A DNA stretch of 64,000 nucleotides from Escherichia phage vB_EcoP_EcoN5. Every line of letters begins with the position of its first letter. Positions within the stretch are counted from its first letter, which is position 1. The position numbers and the translations under genes were made by a program. Location of the stretch: the sequence record MN715356. One strand, written 5' to 3'. The notes below the pieces were generated by a model. It had not been told where the DNA came from and did no database searches. It was given only the letters and a program-made list of their open reading frames with translations. Positions 39,662 to 48,233 of this stretch are shown here, one piece after another.

Positions 39662-40401
39662 TTATCTTGTCCTTTTTCCATTGCTTTAACAATCGCCTTA
39701 CAGAAACCAGAACGAACAATGTCATCTGATTCACCATCTACAATCTCAGCGAACTCATACAGATCATGTTCATCAATAAAGTTAGTAGCCCAAGTAAGAC
39801 CACTCTCACGACCACGCATATCATGCTGGTTTGTATCACCCATACAGAACAATTGAGAGGTTTCTCCCAATCGAGTCATGATGGAGAAGGCTTCATCTTT
39901 AGTGGTGTTCTGGAACTCATCAACGATAACGATAGCATCATTGAAAGAACGACCACGGAGATATTCCAGAGGTACAAATTCAATATTACTGTTACCAAGC
40001 TGGCATTCATAGAACCCCTTACCATATCGCTGAGTAATAACATCAATGATAGGCATCAGGTACGGTTCAAACTTCTCACGCATTCCTCCCGGAAGTAACC
40101 CAAGAGAGTTGCCCATTCCGACCGAAGGTCGACTCAGGATGATCTTCTGAATCTTACCACTCTTCAGTGCATCAATAACCGTGGAAGTGATTACAAAGGT
40201 CTTACCACAGCCCGCAGGAGCGTCTGTGAACACAACTTGTTTAGTCTTGATAGCATTTAGTAGTTCAGACTGAAACTGGTTCTGAGGTACTACAGGCTTC
40301 GCTAAAACCACCTCTTCAAACTCTCGCTTACCTTTACGAGTGACAAGTGCTTCCCGACGAAGGTCTTTCCGTGATTCTTTCCGTGATTGACGACGACTCA
40401 T
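39658..40401 (-). CDS. phoH: PhoH-like ATPase
   Basis: Walker A DAPAGCGKT and PhoH-type core (IILSRP, IVIVDEFQN). Confidence 0.65.
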   Translation of the reverse strand: MSRRQSRKESRKDLRREALVTRKGKREFEEVVLAKPVVPQNQFQSELLNAIKTKQVVFTDAPAGCGKTFVITSTVIDALKSGKIQKIILSRPSVGMGNSLGLLPGGMREKFEPYLMPIIDVITQRYGKGFYECQLGNSNIEFVPLEYLRGRSFNDAIVIVDEFQNTTKDEAFSIMTRLGETSQLFCMGDTNQHDMRGRESGLTWATNFIDEHDLYEFAEIVDGESDDIVRSGFCKAIVKAMEKGQDK

Positions 40402-40595
40402 TTACGCTCTCCAATTTCTTCGTAATGACATTCAGTAGTTAAACAATCTTTACAGATTGCTGTATAAACCCTGACGTTAGTAAATCGTTTGTTCTTCCCT
40501 TTGGTTGGAGAGCCTTTGGCAAGCTCTCTGATAACCTTGTTACTTAAATGAAGGTTTGTCCCTTCACATTTAGAGCACTTCACCACAATGTCCAT
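40398..40595 (-). CDS. small zinc-ribbon-like protein
   Basis: 65 aa with CSKCEG...CKDC pairs. Confidence 0.35.
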   Translation of the reverse strand: MDIVVKCSKCEGTNLHLSNKVIRELAKGSPTKGKNKRFTNVRVYTAICKDCLTTECHYEEIGERK

Positions 40596-40780
40596 TCAGT
40601 AAGAGACCACAGAGAGTCACCTATGTTGGCATTGTCATTCCTGATGAGGTCTTTGATTTTATCAACATCAGTCAAGTGAGTCACATTCAAAACATCCTCA
40701 ACATCCGGGGCATATTTAAATATGGCAACAATACTGTTGAGATCTTCAGCATATCTTTCTAGAACATAAACTGAACTCAT
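40580..40780 (-). CDS. hypothetical small protein
   Basis: 66-aa co-oriented ORF. Confidence 0.35.
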   Translation of the reverse strand: MSSVYVLERYAEDLNSIVAIFKYAPDVEDVLNVTHLTDVDKIKDLIRNDNANIGDSLWSLTEWTLW

Positions 40781-40983
40781 AAAGCATTAACCTCTCTAAG
40801 ATACCACCACTCATCCTCAACACCTTTACGACCTCCGCCATTCATAACCCAACGCATCATGTCATCAGATATTCCAAAAGGTTTAAGTTTTGCATAGTTA
40901 GGCTTTTCTAAGAACACAGCTTCAAAATACTCACCATCTTGATCATACTGGTTGATTTCTCTTGTTAGTACCCATACTTTCAT
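40777..40983 (-). CDS. hypothetical small protein
   Basis: 68-aa co-oriented ORF. Confidence 0.35.
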   Translation of the reverse strand: MKVWVLTREINQYDQDGEYFEAVFLEKPNYAKLKPFGISDDMMRWVMNGGGRKGVEDEWWYLREVNAL

Positions 40984-41299
40984 GACTCTTCTCTTTATGA
41001 AGTCTATAAACAGCTGTCGCTATACAAGCAACAGCTTCATTATGCGGGAGATGCATACCTGTAGAACCATCCCAATCTTTGAACTCGTTGTCAAAAACTC
41101 CGGTAGGTTCTGGATAGAGGGCTTGCAACTCAACCAAATCGTTAGCAACTTGTTGCCATTTATCATCAGACCAGATAGGGTCATCCAACCAGTAATACAA
41201 ATAGGAATGGATGATCAATTGCCTTCTATGCCGATTGATTACTTCAGCGGGACTTATCTCATTTCCATTTGAAGTCCTAAATGTATTACTGTCAATCAT
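40943..41299 (-). CDS. hypothetical protein
   Basis: 118-aa co-oriented ORF. Confidence 0.35.
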   Translation of the reverse strand: MIDSNTFRTSNGNEISPAEVINRHRRQLIIHSYLYYWLDDPIWSDDKWQQVANDLVELQALYPEPTGVFDNEFKDWDGSTGMHLPHNEAVACIATAVYRLHKEKSHESMGTNKRNQPV

Positions 41300-41550
41300 T
41301 TAACAACCTTAAATTTGAATGTTGTTGGGTGATAATAATGCAACCTGTTAATGGTGTGCTTTGTTTCAAGGTATATCCTGCAAGAGTGACACATGACATG
41401 AGTCAGACCAGTTACAGGATTAGGTTTAAAGTTAGCGACAGGTTTCTCTTTCTTACAGAAGCTACATACTTTCTTTTCCATCTTTTCTCCAGTGGTCAAC
41501 GAATTGCTGAAACACTCTATGGTCGAATGTGAAACTTCGAGCAATCCCAC
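41296..41550 (-). CDS. small zinc-finger-like protein
   Basis: 84 aa with CSFCKK...CHSC pairs. Confidence 0.35.
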   Translation of the reverse strand: MGLLEVSHSTIECFSNSLTTGEKMEKKVCSFCKKEKPVANFKPNPVTGLTHVMCHSCRIYLETKHTINRLHYYHPTTFKFKVVK

Positions 41551-41695
41551 ACTCCACGAAAGTAGAAGGCATATAGTCTACATCATCTTTAGATGTATGA
41601 CCATAAACTTGAATAAGCTTTTTAATCTTATCCTTCTCTCTTCGAGGAAGCATCCTAAATGCCTCCTGAATATCTGTAATGTGTTTGATTTTCAT
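41462..41695 (-). CDS. hypothetical small protein
   Basis: 77-aa ORF; 5' overlap with neighbour makes start uncertain. Confidence 0.3.
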   Translation of the reverse strand: MKIKHITDIQEAFRMLPRREKDKIKKLIQVYGHTSKDDVDYMPSTFVECGIARSFTFDHRVFQQFVDHWRKDGKESM

Positions 41696-41707
41696 CAGAA
41701 ATTCCTG

Positions 41708-41878
41708 CTAATCCTCTGAGTTGTGGGAACAGCAATATTCACATACTCCACAACAAGGGCAAATTTCTACACTTGGGTCGTATGCATCATCAACTGTCAT
41801 CCCACACTTAGTGCAGAACACATCATCATCATCTTCTTCCAATATTAACTCTCCAAAGTTTTCTTCAGGGCTGCCCAT
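41708..41878 (-). CDS. small Cys-rich protein (56 aa)
   Basis: Unlisted ORF with CTKCG...CPCCGVCEYCC; overlaps 3' end of ThyX-like gene; no strong RBS. Confidence 0.2.
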   Translation of the reverse strand: MGSPEENFGELILEEDDDDVFCTKCGMTVDDAYDPSVEICPCCGVCEYCCSHNSED

Positions 41879-42501
41879 GAGATTGGGTAGATCTTAGCCA
41901 TCTCTTCATCCAGAGATTGGGCAAATACTCGAACTTCATATTGAGCATGAGAGGAGAGTCGCTGACGACACAACTCAAACCAGCCATATAAAGAACCAGT
42001 CCACACCCACTCAGTGATCATTCCCTGAGGAAGAACAAATCGGGCTTGCTCTGGTGCAACGAATTCGATCAACTTGTCATATGCTGCTAGAGAAGCTTCA
42101 TATGCATCATTAATCAACATTAATGCTTCAGCTCGCTCTCCATCGATGAGTTGAACCCCTGAACCTGCATGGAGGTCCGAAGGTCTCGCAAAAATCTCTT
42201 TAGGGATGAAGACTTCAACTGCTCCATCTTTATACCGCCGGGACATTTCGTTCCACGAGAATCCAACCTGATGCTTGCCCAACTGTCTCGCAATTGCGAT
42301 AGGTGCTTTGCATCGGAAACTGACTTGCGGGTGTCGGAATGGGGTAACATGCTTCTCTCTTGCGAGGAAGTTGATGAGACGTTCATCACGTTCATTTAAA
42401 TCACCTTCACGGGTTACGCCAAAGGAAACTCGAGCTGCGTTTACTACGCTACGATCACTTCCCATAGCTTCGATTAATGTTGCTTGTAATTGTTCATTCA
42501 T
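41845..42501 (-). CDS. thyX: flavin-dependent thymidylate synthase-like protein (ThyX family, divergent signature)
   Basis: AARVSF, TPFRHP, KAPIAIARQ, NEMSRRY resemble ThyX blocks, but the expected RHR-x7-S motif reads KHQ-x8-S. Confidence 0.5.
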   Translation of the reverse strand: MNEQLQATLIEAMGSDRSVVNAARVSFGVTREGDLNERDERLINFLAREKHVTPFRHPQVSFRCKAPIAIARQLGKHQVGFSWNEMSRRYKDGAVEVFIPKEIFARPSDLHAGSGVQLIDGERAEALMLINDAYEASLAAYDKLIEFVAPEQARFVLPQGMITEWVWTGSLYGWFELCRQRLSSHAQYEVRVFAQSLDEEMAKIYPISWAALKKTLES

Positions 42502-42516
42502 CCGTGAATTTCCTTA

Positions 42517-42726
42517 TTAATATTCTTTTACATAATAAACCACTAAGGTTCCCTTCTCTGACAATGTTGATTTATGTAAGCTTACTTTACTATAAATCTT
42601 TGGAGCCATCTTAAGAGCCTTCTTAAAACGGCGAGCATCTTTACGAGTAGCAAAGTGCTCTGTAACAGGTATAGCCGGGTCTTGGTAGAGGTAATATACC
42701 ACCGTCCAATATTTTTTCATAATCAA
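42517..42726 (-). CDS. hypothetical small protein (member of 3-copy family)
   Basis: 69 aa; shares W...TRK(D/E)AR.(F/A)KK...(V/I)S(L/I)H...G..Y pattern with 44373..44582 and 44582..44791. Confidence 0.4.
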   Translation of the reverse strand: MIMKKYWTVVYYLYQDPAIPVTEHFATRKDARRFKKALKMAPKIYSKVSLHKSTLSEKGTLVVYYVKEY

Positions 42727-42995
42727 ACACCTAGGGCAGTAGTTAAGAATGCTTTCAGGTTTGCTTCAGTCTGCATACCAGAGAGGCTATAGTGTGCACC
42801 ACTATTACGGTCAGGTACAACGAAAGCAGGAATGCTTCGTACACCATACTTAATAGCTTGCTCACGACCATCGCCTTCAAGAATATTGATCTCTTCCACT
42901 TCTACATCAAACTCCTTAACAACCTTCTCAAAGGTAGGAGCCATTGCTTTACATGGAGCACACTGATTACTATAAAACTTAATTACTTTAGACAT
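42723..42995 (-). CDS. thioredoxin/glutaredoxin-like protein
   Basis: Active-site CAPC in N-terminal beta-alpha unit (KFYSNQCAPCK). Confidence 0.55.
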   Translation of the reverse strand: MSKVIKFYSNQCAPCKAMAPTFEKVVKEFDVEVEEINILEGDGREQAIKYGVRSIPAFVVPDRNSGAHYSLSGMQTEANLKAFLTTALGV

Positions 42996-43165
42996 TAATA
43001 ACCCTCGTTAACAAATTCTTTAAGGTGTCGTTCTGTGGTAGGGATTACAATGTAATCTTTGTACCCTTGAGCTTTGGCTAAATCCTCAGCTATCTTTTTA
43101 GTAGCACCCAATGCCATCACACACTGACAAACAATCACCGTGTGGGCTTTATATTCGTCCTTCAT
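42995..43165 (-). CDS. small hypothetical protein (56 aa, CQC motif)
   Basis: Unlisted short ORF; stop overlaps thioredoxin start. Confidence 0.25.
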   Translation of the reverse strand: MKDEYKAHTVIVCQCVMALGATKKIAEDLAKAQGYKDYIVIPTTERHLKEFVNEGY

Positions 43166-43174
43166 TTAAGAACC

Positions 43175-43354
43175 TTATGCAGTCAGGAGGTGAAGCAGGA
43201 ATGGGATAACAACAGCTACGATAACCATGATAGTTGATGCTGTTTGAATCTCACCTTTCTTGTCAGGGGTTTCTTCAATAAGCTTACCAGAAGCCCAATA
43301 AATACCACCACCAATAAAGATAGCCCAAATACCCCATACGATTGCTGATAACAT
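43175..43354 (-). CDS. small two-TM membrane protein (59 aa)
   Basis: Unlisted ORF MLSAIVWGIWAIFIGGGIYWA...ASTIMVIVAVVIPFLLHLL with two hydrophobic segments. Confidence 0.3.
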   Translation of the reverse strand: MLSAIVWGIWAIFIGGGIYWASGKLIEETPDKKGEIQTASTIMVIVAVVIPFLLHLLTA

Positions 43355-43414
43355 ATATCTATATCCTTATAAACAAGTTCGCCCCACCTCGGGTTAGGAG
43401 ACAGGGCGTAGGTT

Positions 43415-44026
43415 TTAGTAAGACACATCACCACTTGAGTGGGACATGTTGCTCTTGACAAAGTAGCAATACTTACCAAGGCCTTCATTAATTTCTTGAA
43501 GCATACTCTGATCAACTGGATAAGTGGCTAAATCACCATCAAACTCATCCATCTTCTCAATAATACACATCAAGGTCATGCACATATCAGAGAGCATACC
43601 GTCCATGTCTAGGTCAGCATTACCCTCTGAGAACCAAGCATGGGAGAGATAGTTGGCTGCTGTAGCATCAACTTTAACACAGTGGTATCGCATACGTTCA
43701 GCAATACGATCTCCTACTTGTCGTGCGTAATCTTCCAGCTCGTCAAACATACCATGAACACCCTGGAATCCTGCACCAGAGACGTTCCAGTGGTAGTTTT
43801 TAGCTTTGATGTGCAAGAGTTCCATGTTAGCTTGTAAGCAGCTCAGGATGTGTTCTAGGCTGTTTCCACTAATCATGCCTTGCATTGTTTCAAGGCGAGA
43901 GATTGAAAGCTCAGACCGGTCTAACATATTATAGTCGGAACGACCAATCTCAGGTAAATCAAAGACATTCTTATGCATTTGGGTTTTCTCCATCAAGTTC
44001 AACTGAGTTAGCAACGTTACGTGCAA
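43415..44026 (-). CDS. Dps/ferritin-like protein
   Basis: Motif HWNVSGAGFQGVHGMFDELEDYARQVGDRIAERM resembles the Dps ferroxidase-centre helix pair. Confidence 0.5.
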   Translation of the reverse strand: MHVTLLTQLNLMEKTQMHKNVFDLPEIGRSDYNMLDRSELSISRLETMQGMISGNSLEHILSCLQANMELLHIKAKNYHWNVSGAGFQGVHGMFDELEDYARQVGDRIAERMRYHCVKVDATAANYLSHAWFSEGNADLDMDGMLSDMCMTLMCIIEKMDEFDGDLATYPVDQSMLQEINEGLGKYCYFVKSNMSHSSGDVSY

Positions 44027-44300
44027 TATTATCCATTACCTGCTGGGTAATTACGATGCAGTTCTGTGGGTCTACTGACTTAGAACGCCCCATTTCAGGG
44101 TCATACACCTTAACTCGCTTAGCAGTTGAACCTGTAACCTGAAGAACCTTCAACAGATATCCCTGATTACCAATAGACCAAGCAACAACATCACGATTCT
44201 TGATAAAGCGACCAAGCATATCACGATGATAAAACTGTTGCATCACCTTGGATTTTGTAATCTCTTCAGTGGGCGGGGCCACTTTACTCAAATCTAACAT
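43971..44300 (-). CDS. hypothetical protein
   Basis: 109-aa co-oriented ORF. Confidence 0.35.
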   Translation of the reverse strand: MLDLSKVAPPTEEITKSKVMQQFYHRDMLGRFIKNRDVVAWSIGNQGYLLKVLQVTGSTAKRVKVYDPEMGRSKSVDPQNCIVITQQVMDNIARNVANSVELDGENPNA

Positions 44301-44372
44301 AACTCTCTCCTGTAAAATACAAATTCTTATTGTACTCTATATACATTTGAGAGTTACCATATCTACTACCAA

Positions 44373-44582
44373 TCAGTAGTAAACATTCCGAGATAGCATA
44401 CAAGTACCTTCTGAGAATTCAACCCAACGATGTATGCTAACATGTTCAACTATACCGACCAGAGCTTTCATATTCTTTTTAGCAATACGAGCCTCTTTGC
44501 GAGTATTAAACAGTTTGATATTATCTTTACCTATGTGTTGTTCATGATTCCAGACAACACGAATAGCCCACATCTTTTTCAT
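44373..44582 (-). CDS. hypothetical small protein (member of 3-copy family)
   Basis: 69 aa, paralog of 42517..42726 and 44582..44791. Confidence 0.4.
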   Translation of the reverse strand: MKKMWAIRVVWNHEQHIGKDNIKLFNTRKEARIAKKNMKALVGIVEHVSIHRWVEFSEGTCMLSRNVYY

Positions 44583-44791
44583 TAGTAGTGTACCTTTCCA
44601 CCGATATAAACACGACCAGAGGAATACTCTCTGGCCTTATGAATGCTGATGTTCTTGATCATGTCCATGTTAAACATAGACTTTTTAAAATCTCGAGCTT
44701 GTTGGCGAGTAGGCAGTGCAGTCATAGTCATACCACCTGATGCCCACTTAATCTTTGCTAACCAAAACTGTCTCATAGTGATTGGTCTCAT
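44582..44791 (-). CDS. hypothetical small protein (member of 3-copy family)
   Basis: 69 aa, tandem paralog of 44373..44582. Confidence 0.4.
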   Translation of the reverse strand: MRPITMRQFWLAKIKWASGGMTMTALPTRQQARDFKKSMFNMDMIKNISIHKAREYSSGRVYIGGKVHY

Positions 44792-44832
44792 TTTATTAAA
44801 CTCTTTAAATATTATTGCTATGGATTATAACA

Positions 44833-45054
44833 TTAGGTCTCGATAAGTCGACTGATATCATAACTAACATACGGAGATATTAGGTTATTTTCAGGAGCAA
44901 TCCCTCGACAAGCAATAACAATATCATATTTCCCAGAGCCGTGAACTTCGTGGAAGATTTCAACTGCCTTATCTTTTTCAGTGGAGAATTGTATCGGATA
45001 CACTTCACCTCTTTTGTAGGGGACTATAACATACAGATCTACTGTTTTATGCAT
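44833..45054 (-). CDS. hypothetical small protein
   Basis: 73-aa co-oriented ORF. Confidence 0.35.
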   Translation of the reverse strand: MHKTVDLYVIVPYKRGEVYPIQFSTEKDKAVEIFHEVHGSGKYDIVIACRGIAPENNLISPYVSYDISRLIET

Positions 45055-45057
45055 ACC

Positions 45058-45258
45058 TCACTGCTCCATTTCACTATCGTTTGACCAAGCTAGGCTGTGA
45101 TGTTTGAATTCACCTTTCAGCTCCTTAGTATGATTATTGTCAAGTTGGGTTTGTTTAACAATTAACCCCACATCAAATTCTGATACAGGCTTCTCTCCTT
45201 CTTCTAAGTTGTTGTTATAAACACTCCACAGAAGCTCGGTCATTTTTTCATTAGTCAT
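45058..45258 (-). CDS. hypothetical small protein
   Basis: 66-aa co-oriented ORF. Confidence 0.35.
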   Translation of the reverse strand: MTNEKMTELLWSVYNNNLEEGEKPVSEFDVGLIVKQTQLDNNHTKELKGEFKHHSLAWSNDSEMEQ

Positions 45259-45783
45259 CTATCTTTCATCCACATTAAAGGAGAGATGAAGTCTACTCCT
45301 CATAGACTTAGCCAAAAGCTTTGCCTCTTCAAGAGTTTTCACTCCATATACAGACTCACGTTTACCATCTTTTTGGACAGATACACAGAACGTTCCACCT
45401 TTCTCTTGGTAGACATTCTTGATTCCTAGTTTGTTATCAACCCTTGTCTTAGCATTCTGACTGTTCTCAGAGTGAGAGCACTTTCTCAGGTTAGTTTCTT
45501 CTAGATTTTCTCTATTACCGTCAGCATGATCTATTTGATATTCATCCGATAAATCCTCACCAGTATAAAGAACAAAAAGAATCCTATGATTATGGACATG
45601 AACTCCTCCTAATGGAATTTGATAATATCCATCTTTTGTGAGCTTACCAGCAGGTTTACCTACTATATCATTAGCAAACTTACTAGGCTTCCTTTTCCAA
45701 GAAAGCCCTGAAGGTGATGACATGTCTATATTAAAGAGATCAACTACCTCATCATAGCATATCAGCATGGTTTGTTCCACCAA
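45259..45783 (-). CDS. HNH homing endonuclease with AP2-like DNA-binding domain
   Basis: Motif YQIDHADGNRENLEETNLRKCSHSEN plus C-terminal YGVKTLEEAKLLAKSMR. Confidence 0.55.
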   Translation of the reverse strand: MVEQTMLICYDEVVDLFNIDMSSPSGLSWKRKPSKFANDIVGKPAGKLTKDGYYQIPLGGVHVHNHRILFVLYTGEDLSDEYQIDHADGNRENLEETNLRKCSHSENSQNAKTRVDNKLGIKNVYQEKGGTFCVSVQKDGKRESVYGVKTLEEAKLLAKSMRSRLHLSFNVDER

Positions 45784-46306
45784 AAGCTTTTGTTGGCCCT
45801 TGTTGGTTATTATATGAACCTTTCGTTGCGTAGCTGTCCTCTTCAGATGAGGAATGCTTAAAGAACTCCATTTGACCTATACGCATCCCCGGTTTAATTA
45901 GCAGAGAGTGATGTTGTAGGACATTCTTGAATTCCATAGTTAACTGACTGCCATGCCAACCGCCATCAGCATGACCAGCGTGCATGTGCTCTAAGAAGCA
46001 ACGACCGACAGTAGATCGTAGCATGAAGTCACAGCTAATGTTATCTGGAAGATTGAATGTCTCCACTGTATGAGCTAAGAAGCATTCACCCGGTTTGATC
46101 ACCAACCCTTCCTCTGGAATCATAACCTCATTGAAGTTAGGGGATTCTTTAGCAGAGATATCAACAACCCCATTAGCTGCACCTTCCATCAGAACACGAT
46201 CTCCAATACGAACGTCAATGCTGGAGGAATTAACAGCTGAGTGTGGTGCATCAATAACACCATCATCAATTAATTTATGTAACTCTGGGCTTCCTAGTAA
46301 ACTCAT
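45752..46306 (-). CDS. dcd: dCTP deaminase (Dcd/dUTPase-fold)
   Basis: Motif HAGHADGGWHGSQLTMEFKN resembles the Dcd active-site block. Confidence 0.55.
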   Translation of the reverse strand: MSLLGSPELHKLIDDGVIDAPHSAVNSSSIDVRIGDRVLMEGAANGVVDISAKESPNFNEVMIPEEGLVIKPGECFLAHTVETFNLPDNISCDFMLRSTVGRCFLEHMHAGHADGGWHGSQLTMEFKNVLQHHSLLIKPGMRIGQMEFFKHSSSEEDSYATKGSYNNQQGPTKAFGGTNHADML

Positions 46307-46315
46307 TCTTATTCC

Positions 46316-47677
46316 TTAGTTATTTGTTTCCATGTCAAAAGAGATTCCACGACCCGCTTCATCGGCAAACCGAACTGTACGGGTTTGAGGTTCTAATACT
46401 TCAGGGTTGTTAGCAACAAAGCGATCAGCGAGACTGCGACTGACGGTCTCAGCAAGTTCCTCATGAGAAGGAATATCAAGACTGCCTACCACATCTTGGG
46501 TCACGCCTTCATCAGTCCACACAGCTCTAACAGGTGCGTTGATATCACCAGCAGCAAAACCCTGACCAGAGAACTGGTGACGGCTAACAGTCAAACCATT
46601 TGGTCGACCATTAGAACGTCTAGACAACCACTGCTCAAACGAATCGCTTGTGATACCAAGGGCTTCTTCAAAAGATGTTCTACGAGTAGGGCTTACTCTT
46701 CGTAACTCTTGTGCTCGACGCATTGCAGGGGCTACAAACACCCCTTCAATTGCATTGTGCCGATTAGGTTCATCTTCTCGACCAAGCAGATCACCGCCTG
46801 TGTTAGTCGTTAAATTTGTTAACCCTTCAGACCAATACGCATAAATTTGACCAGACCCGTGAACGCTTGACATTAACAGAATCTCTTCATAAGGGATTCC
46901 AAAGAATAGACTCATGTCTCGGTTAACACAATATTGAGCACTTGTCGTATCCTCAATAAGAGCAACCTGACCTCGTTCGTTGACCAGTTGGCTAACTGGT
47001 TGAGGTGTGGGAAGATATCGAGTTTGGGCCATGTATTGATGTGCAGCTGCTGGAGAGGAAAATCTCAACACTTGCGAGTTAGGCCACTTCTTGTGAACAT
47101 ATCTGATTTCACGACTAGAAACAACCACTGGACAAGGGGCGGTCATAGCCAAGTATCCGTGAGAAGTCATGAATAAGTTGTCAAGAGTCATCGCACCACG
47201 GCACATCATAGGAAAATTATCCAATACCTCTTCAATAGAAGTAGGATAATTAAACATGAATTGGATACGAACCCCATTCCACTGAAACTCAATAATATCA
47301 GTGAACGTTAATTGAGAACTCCCAGCATAGGATTCGTTTGTAGCTTCAGCAAGAAGGGATGCATATTCAATATCTTGTGACTCTAGCCATTCCTTCACAT
47401 TACTTTCAATCTCTCTTCCAAGAGCTTGCCAACGATCAGTTGGGACGAAAGTATTTTGAGTTCTTGGTGTTTGTCCTCTGACAATAAAGATATCAATGTC
47501 ATGTGGAGCCATGTTATTAAGTACAGCATCTCGAACAGCCCCACCAGTAATGATGGGACAGATACCGTCTGGAACCAAGTTGTTATTAATCAACTGTTCA
47601 ATGAAGTTACGACCAACAGTGATATCAGGTTGTTGAGCAACCTTATCTTCAATTTGGTTAATCGGGATAACAATCAT
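46316..47677 (-). CDS. nucleotidyltransferase, tRNA CCA-adding/poly(A) polymerase head-domain family
   Basis: Motif ITGGAVRDAVL...HDIDIFIV equals the GGxVRD...DxD signature; start set to second ATG to avoid overlap (longer form to 47734 possible). Confidence 0.5.
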   Translation of the reverse strand: MIVIPINQIEDKVAQQPDITVGRNFIEQLINNNLVPDGICPIITGGAVRDAVLNNMAPHDIDIFIVRGQTPRTQNTFVPTDRWQALGREIESNVKEWLESQDIEYASLLAEATNESYAGSSQLTFTDIIEFQWNGVRIQFMFNYPTSIEEVLDNFPMMCRGAMTLDNLFMTSHGYLAMTAPCPVVVSSREIRYVHKKWPNSQVLRFSSPAAAHQYMAQTRYLPTPQPVSQLVNERGQVALIEDTTSAQYCVNRDMSLFFGIPYEEILLMSSVHGSGQIYAYWSEGLTNLTTNTGGDLLGREDEPNRHNAIEGVFVAPAMRRAQELRRVSPTRRTSFEEALGITSDSFEQWLSRRSNGRPNGLTVSRHQFSGQGFAAGDINAPVRAVWTDEGVTQDVVGSLDIPSHEELAETVSRSLADRFVANNPEVLEPQTRTVRFADEAGRGISFDMETNN

Positions 47678-47678
47678 T

Positions 47679-48233
47679 TTACATTTTCCAATATAATGAA
47701 GGTGGGTCGTAAGGGTCGAATCCTGTGAGTTCACACAAGAAAAGATAAACCTTAACGGTTAAGTTAACGTCCTGTTCACAATAAGTAAACATATCTTCAG
47801 TGAAAGCATCCCATGCTTCCTCTTGCTCACCGTAATCTCCTTTAAGTTCCTCTAAGAACTCACCCCATTGCTTCAAACCATGACCTCTTGGGCCATGTCT
47901 AGGGTCGCCTTTCGGATACTCAGGACTGTCACCAATACGGTCAGGTTTAAGATATCGACTAAGACATAAAGTGTCAAAGACATTAAAATGATATTTAATC
48001 AAAGAAGGATACATCTTCTTCAGAGCAGGCAAGTCGAAGTCAATAATATTATGACCCACTAGTACATCTGCTTCTGTAAGTTTACGAATCCCGTCTTCAA
48101 TTTGGTGAGGCCGATAGCCCCACCTTTCACCAGTTTCAACATCGAAGATGTAAATACACCACACTTTAGTTATGTCATCGTACAGTGCATTACTTTCGAT
48201 ATCAAATGCAAACACTTTCTTTTTCTTTACCAC
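47679..48233 (-). CDS. 3'-5' proofreading exonuclease (DnaQ-like, T7 DNA polymerase N-terminal-domain-like), separate gene
   Basis: Exo [10 protein letters not shown], Exo [14 protein letters not shown], Exo III YCEQDV; 184-aa stand-alone ORF. Confidence 0.6.
   Translation of the reverse strand: MVKKKKVFAFDIESNALYDDITKVWCIYIFDVETGERWGYRPHQIEDGIRKLTEADVLVGHNIIDFDLPALKKMYPSLIKYHFNVFDTLCLSRYLKPDRIGDSPEYPKGDPRHGPRGHGLKQWGEFLEELKGDYGEQEEAWDAFTEDMFTYCEQDVNLTVKVYLFLCELTGFDPYDPPSLYWKM

Noticed and set aside
35435-42520. Plus-strand ORFs inside the minus-strand arm (e.g. 35530..35802, 39766..40098, 42275..42520)
   Set aside because: Each is fully contained within a longer minus-strand gene with recognisable motifs (polymerase, PhoH, ThyX-like) and lacks an RBS.
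43216-43515. 99-aa minus-strand ORF
   Set aside because: Overlaps the Dps-like gene and a better small membrane ORF (43175..43354) in other frames.
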